A DNA stretch of 53,200 nucleotides, filler included, from Sphacelaria rigidula (Eukaryota): assembly GCA_964200075.2 (NCBI GenBank). It is 4 parts of 4 records of this genome, joined end to end, with 100 filler letters (N's around TTAATTAATTAA, not from the genome) between each part and the next. Parts side by side here need not be neighbours in the genome. Positions count along the whole stretch, not along the records: positions 39,977 to 53,200 come from CAXNAA020003055.1; 3 more parts are not named here. One strand, written 5' to 3'. Position numbers and translations under genes: made by a program. This document shows, piece by piece, positions 48,353-53,200 of the stretch. Numbering within the stretch: the stretch's first letter is position 1; every line of letters starts with the position of its first letter. Below the pieces are notes generated by a model. The model was not told the origin of the DNA, ran no database searches, and saw only the letters and a list, made by a program, of their open reading frames with translations.

Positions 48353-48919
48353 CTGCTTGTTTTCGCTGCCAGGAAAATGTTCAGCCATAAACGCATCCGC
48401 CGAAGCATACGTTTTTCGAGGTGTTGAGGCCGTTCTATCGCTGCCGCGTCCCTTCCGTTTCCCCTTACCACCGCGTTTTTTGCCTCCAGATCGGCTTCTT
48501 GCACTCCCGCCAGAACCACCAGACGTCGTCTCCTTTTTTGTCTTGCTTTTGCTTTCTTGTCCATGCCCACTCGGACCAGCCGCTGCTGATTCCTTTCCCT
48601 TACCGCCGGTTTTCGCTTTTGATCTCGACGACCCCCTGCTGGATCCCCTCGACGACGTGCCCCGTCCTGAAGATCTTCCCCTTGTAGGCTTGTCGACGCT
48701 CGCTGCCGCATCGTGGTTCACAACGCCGCCGCCGCTGCTGGAGCTGGCGCTCGCGATTGCTCGGTTCGCCGAGTCTTGTCCTCCTTTGCCGTCATTCCGA
48801 CCAGTTGCTTCGGTGGTGGTTTTGCGAGCAGAGCCTTGCAGCGCTCTTCGACCTCTTCTGCCGGATGTTTGCCTGCGCGGCTCGTTCTTTCGGACGATAG
48901 CTGTGTAGTGGTCTTCCAT
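48353..48919 (-). CDS. Same protein, basic exon (MEDHYTAIVRKNE...AFMAEHFPGSENKQ)
   Basis: Open frame with CAG|GTGAG donor; the acceptor position is approximate. Confidence 0.7.
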
Positions 48920-49639
48920 CTTTGGGTTCAACGATTGAAACAGATCGGCAGCGACAACAACGCCGTTCAGATTTTGAGCACTCGATCAAGGTACACATGA
49001 ACCGTGACCTGGTTGTCACTGAAACTTTTTCTCACCATCTTTGCAGCCAATCGAGAAGCGTGGAAAAAAATACCACGTTTTTCGTTGGGTAGAGCTTCAA
49101 AGGTCGATCGTACGTGCAGTCCTTCATCTACGAAAGTGCGTGGTGCGATTTAGTGTAGACGGGATGAGCAGGCTCGAGCATCAACGAGCGGAGACCGGCA
49201 ATTGTTCACATGGGTATGGTTCATTACCGTTCAGCCCGTTATTTTTTATTGACCGCGCACGATGCCTCCAACAGTCACCCACAAGCGATGCGTGCAATCA
49301 TGGGCTTGCTGCTGATGATCGGTGAACGAAACTCACATCCGCCGAAGCCCATTCCCGTACCGATTGTCGCCGAAAGTCTCCGGTAACGTGCGAGGCACGC
49401 AAGCACAGACACGCCCAAAATGGCAATTTACTTTCTCCTATTTTCACGCAGGGTTTGGCCCGCTTCCACGTCCGGTGCAGAAAATGATTGTGGTAATTCG
49501 TCCGCCATGATATCGAGACCGCTTGCTACCTGTGTGTTCCTCTTTGCCGCTCACCAACTGTAGCGGACGCGGGGATTGCACATCTGAAGGCTGTCCGAAA
49601 GCCGTCCTAGATTTTGAAAGATGGTCACTGAATTGTGCT

Positions 49640-49984
49640 ATTAATTCCCTCTCTGTTGTTTTATTTTATTTCATTTTATTTGATTTGTACTTTCCTCTTG
49701 TTTTCCTTTTTCTTGCTTCAGGTCGGCCATTTATTTCTGTGCTTTGCTTGTGTTGACTTTTTATTAATTTTTTTGTCACGACTTAGTCTGCTATGTCGTT
49801 CTGTTCGACCACTCTCGTTTTTTCTCTTTCTGCTCCTATTTTTTTCTGCTTATGTTTTTTTTTTTCTTTTTTTCTTAGAGCGGGTTTGTGTTTCGTTTTT
49901 CTTTGGTACGTCTATCATGAGACCACGGGTGGACTCCGGGGGGATCAGTTAAAGTGCGACAATCAATCAATCAATCATCAATCT
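49640..49984 (+). mobile_element. Retroelement 3' end: T-rich body plus AGTGCGACAATCAATCAATC tail
   Basis: A similar terminal motif occurs at about 48025-48087 (+), 30772-30810 (+) and 23505-23570 (-). Confidence 0.6.
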
Positions 49985-50013
49985 GTAACACAGCGTGCTA
50001 AACACACACACAC

Positions 50014-50292
50014 CCGCGCGAGTGTTGTCTCCGACATTGTCCCCATCCTGCTTTCCATCTCCAACTGCAGATGCGCCAGCTCCGGGTCGTCCATACCCAG
50101 CGTCCGTGCAGACGAAATTGCCGAGACTGCCGACCTCGCACCTGGTCTTGTTTCCACCCACCGCCGAAATGCTGCCGAGGAAGGCCGGCTGTCGCTAGTG
50201 CTTTTGCCATCGGCCGGGACCGTCGCGCTCGATAGCGGCCGGTGGTCGCCGCCGTCTGCATGCCGATCCCAGGTAGGCACCGCGGTTTGGAC
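50014..50292 (-). CDS. Same protein, exon (VQTAVPTWD...ELAHLQLEMESRMGTMSETTLAR)
   Basis: Polypyrimidine tract with AAG acceptor and CGG|GTGTG donor; phase 0/0. Confidence 0.7.
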
Positions 50293-50640
50293 CTTCCGAA
50301 ATCAATTGAAAAATTGAAAGACACCCCAGGAGTCGAAAAATGGGGCATCAGGCAAACCGCGTGAAGAATGAGTTGTTCAGGGTCGGTCGAAGGTTACGAA
50401 TGATGGGGGAAAGGCAAGGGCGGGGTCATGCGGACAGCCGGCACGAGCCGTGCTGACTGTTGATGATCGCGTGAGATGGCGTATACGTGTACATATACGA
50501 TGTGTGTTTTGGGCTCCGGGTTCAACTGCCATAACCCGCACCACTTTCGGCACACACGTAAGTGGCATATACTCTGGATCAGAAATGCAATAATGCAACG
50601 AAATCAACGTCTTCCGCCGGCGCGGGGATATTATTCTCAC

Positions 50641-51921
50641 GTCTCTGACGGGCAACCGTGTTGACCGATTCCGCTGCTGCTGATCCTGGTGTCGGACATC
50701 GATTGGTATGCCATCGTAACCGTTCTCTCGTTGTGACATTTCTGCTGCCGTCTCAAGGTCATATCGATTGCCGGTCGCAGAGGAAAGCTCCAACCTTGCT
50801 CTTCGCTCGCGGAGCGAAGCATAAGGGTCCGTTCTGCGGGCAGAAGCGAGATTGTCCCAAACCGCCGGAGCTGAAATGGGCCGAGTCTTGATCACGCGCG
50901 GCGCTCGTATCCCGCCCACACCGACAGAAGGCGGTGAACCGTCCACCCCCCCTGCGGCAGTGGTGTATTTTCCTGTTGTCCGGTCGGGCGCCGCTGAGCG
51001 CAGTCGCCGAGTAGCAGCAGAATGAGCCCCGGGCGCTCGCGGTGGTCTCGCAGAGTAGGCCGAGCGTGGATGTTGAGGTGCCGGGCGGTTATTGCCTATC
51101 TCGATTGTGTCGGGATTTGTGGAGGGAACACCGACGTAGTTGCCTCCGTGGCCGAACCTCGCGGAACCTACCTGCCCATGTTTTTCTCTCCCTACGGTGG
51201 AGAACCGGCTTTCCATGATAGAAATGCGGTTGTCCAACTCGCCATCATCCTCTTCAAGATCTTCGTAGATCTCTTCGTAGATCTCGTCCCCCCCTTCTTC
51301 GGAGAAAGCGGTATCGCCTTCTTCACCCCTAGCGCTGGACGAAGGTCGTCGGGCGGAGCTCGCACGGCGGCGGCCGCTCCCACCCTCCCCACCTATAGTG
51401 GTGGTGGCACTACTTCCGGCACCCTGGCTGTTGTTCTTGCTGCTGTCCTGTCCGGAGGCACTCGACGTATTTACACCTCGCCCGTGAGTTTCATGGAATG
51501 ACGCTCCTAACCGAGGCACTGCAGAACGAGGTCTTGTCTCTTCTATGCCATTCTCACTGCCCGTATCTACCCGGTCTTGAGTAAGCCAGAATTTCTCCAC
51601 GCTAGCTGATCGCGGAGGGTGGGCCGATGATGCACGCTGCGGTTGCCATTCTTGTTGCGGGTGAGGACCTCCAGCAGACAGGGTTCGCGCATTACTCGTT
51701 GCTGATGGCGGGCGGGATTCAAAACGACCGGCGCTTGGGTGGTTGTGGTGGTATCCTATGCGGGAGGAAGAGGCATAGCGCGAGCACTCGCGTTTCCACA
51801 ATATCAATGACTCCCGACGAGATCTGCGCGCATTTATGGAGCGGATAGATATCGATGAATCGGCGCAGTTTGGCACAGACGAGCCGCATGGAGTTTTGCG
51901 GCGATTCGAAGCGTTAAACAG
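50641..51921 (-). CDS. Uncharacterised RPxSA-motif-rich protein, large exon
   Basis: 1281-bp open frame with ATAG acceptor and GAC|GTGAG donor. Confidence 0.75.
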
Positions 51922-53200
51922 CTATTGATAGGGTTTTCATATTCTGGTCAATTGTACGCGGTGGTTATGTTGTGTGCGGTGTTTTCAGGTGTCAGTAGCA
52001 CCGTAGACCGCTGTGGATGATATCTGAAGATTTTGACATTCTGTGCACACAGAGAGGCCAACCATCTACGCATATTTTATTGAAGCTATCTATTTCGAGC
52101 GGCATCGGGAGATGTGATCTATGGTATGCTGTATTGTATCGTATTTTACTAAACTGTACCGGATTGTGCTATGCTGCACTGCACTGTACTGTAATGTGCC
52201 ACAATACAGTAACTTCGCTCATCATATACGTAACAATATTCTTCGAAGTACACCACTAAAACTGACTACAGCAGATCATGCTGCAATATGAGTATGGTGC
52301 TAACAAGAAAACGACAATGGCCACATAAGTACTACTATTATTATTGTACATGAATCCCTACACCATACCCTTCCTTCAGGGAGAACTGCACAGGTAAACG
52401 CCCAAGACTTGAGTGCGCGGCCAACAAGATGATAGTCGGACGTTATCTTACAGTATTGCGAGAGCCAGGCGTTCACTTTAGGGGGCATACTTCCGCTGTC
52501 TCATGAGTTAGGACCGAACTGTTTGTACGGGCCCTTGTGTACGATTATTTTTTCACCTGTTTTCATTGCATTTTGTCGCGTTTTTCGAGTTTAAACTCAC
52601 ACATTTACTCTTACAGTTTTCATTTTGACCATGCGGCCGAGCGGCCGAAATGAATCAGTCGGTCCTATTCCGGGGGCTAGAAAAGAAGCGACACCCGGTA
52701 AAAAGAGACAAAATGAAGTCAAAAGCTCAGGAAAGTGGTTATAAATGAGGCGCAGCTAGCCGTCATACATCGGTGATGAACATCCGGGCCATAGTATGCA
52801 GCCTCGAACAACTTGTGGACTAAATAGTGATCCGTACCGTGGAATCAGTGAACTTTGAAATTATATTTTGTCTTTTTCCACCGAGTTTTCCGTCTCTTTT
52901 GTTCCGGAATAAGGGCGGAATTCGGCTTTTTTTCGGGCCGACTGATTTATTTTCACCCTTCGGCCACATGGTGGAAATGGAAACTGTAAGAATAAGTAAA
53001 ATGGGTTTCAACTCGACAACACCAGAGAATGCACTGAAAATAGAGGATGTAATAATTATTATAAAATACTTGGACACGGTTAAGAGCCCGTGCAAATAAT
53101 TCGATCCTAACGTACGGGACAGAAGAAGTATAAACAGCCAATCATCTATGTTGAGGATGGTGCTTTTGATTGAGGATGAGAACCCGGAGGATTAAAATCT

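Overview
Eukaryotic, intron-rich, repeat-rich DNA. A brown alga or related stramenopile is inferred from gene style, an ASAF-like plastid-targeting motif and the repeat content; this is not proven. The window is not one locus. It is four contigs (1-13226, 13327-26552, 26653-39876, 39977-53200; lengths 13226/13226/13224/13224, i.e. size-sorted) joined by identical 100-bp N44-TTAATTAATTAA-N44 artificial linkers. I reconstructed spliced genes by hand. Contig 1: 5' part of an FHA-domain, TQ-motif-bearing MDC1-like DNA-damage mediator with a 59-aa tandem repeat (- strand), head-to-head with exon 1 of syntaxin-16/Tlg2 (+). Contig 2: 3' part of a RhoGAP gene (-). Contig 3: two exons of a probably plastid-targeted cysteine synthase (-) and a large Arg/Ser/Gly/Asp-rich exon (+). 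Contig 4: 3' half of a CaMKK/LKB1-family kinase ending in a CaaX box (+), convergent with an uncharacterised RPxSA-rich protein (-). Introns and intergenic DNA hold many small elements: TTAA piggyBac-type MITEs, two tRNA-derived SINE families, a CAC..GTG MITE nested in a SINE, two foldback elements, a telomere-like-tailed repeat, LINE and Copia relics, and mini/microsatellites. I found no CRISPR array, operon or clear viral insert.
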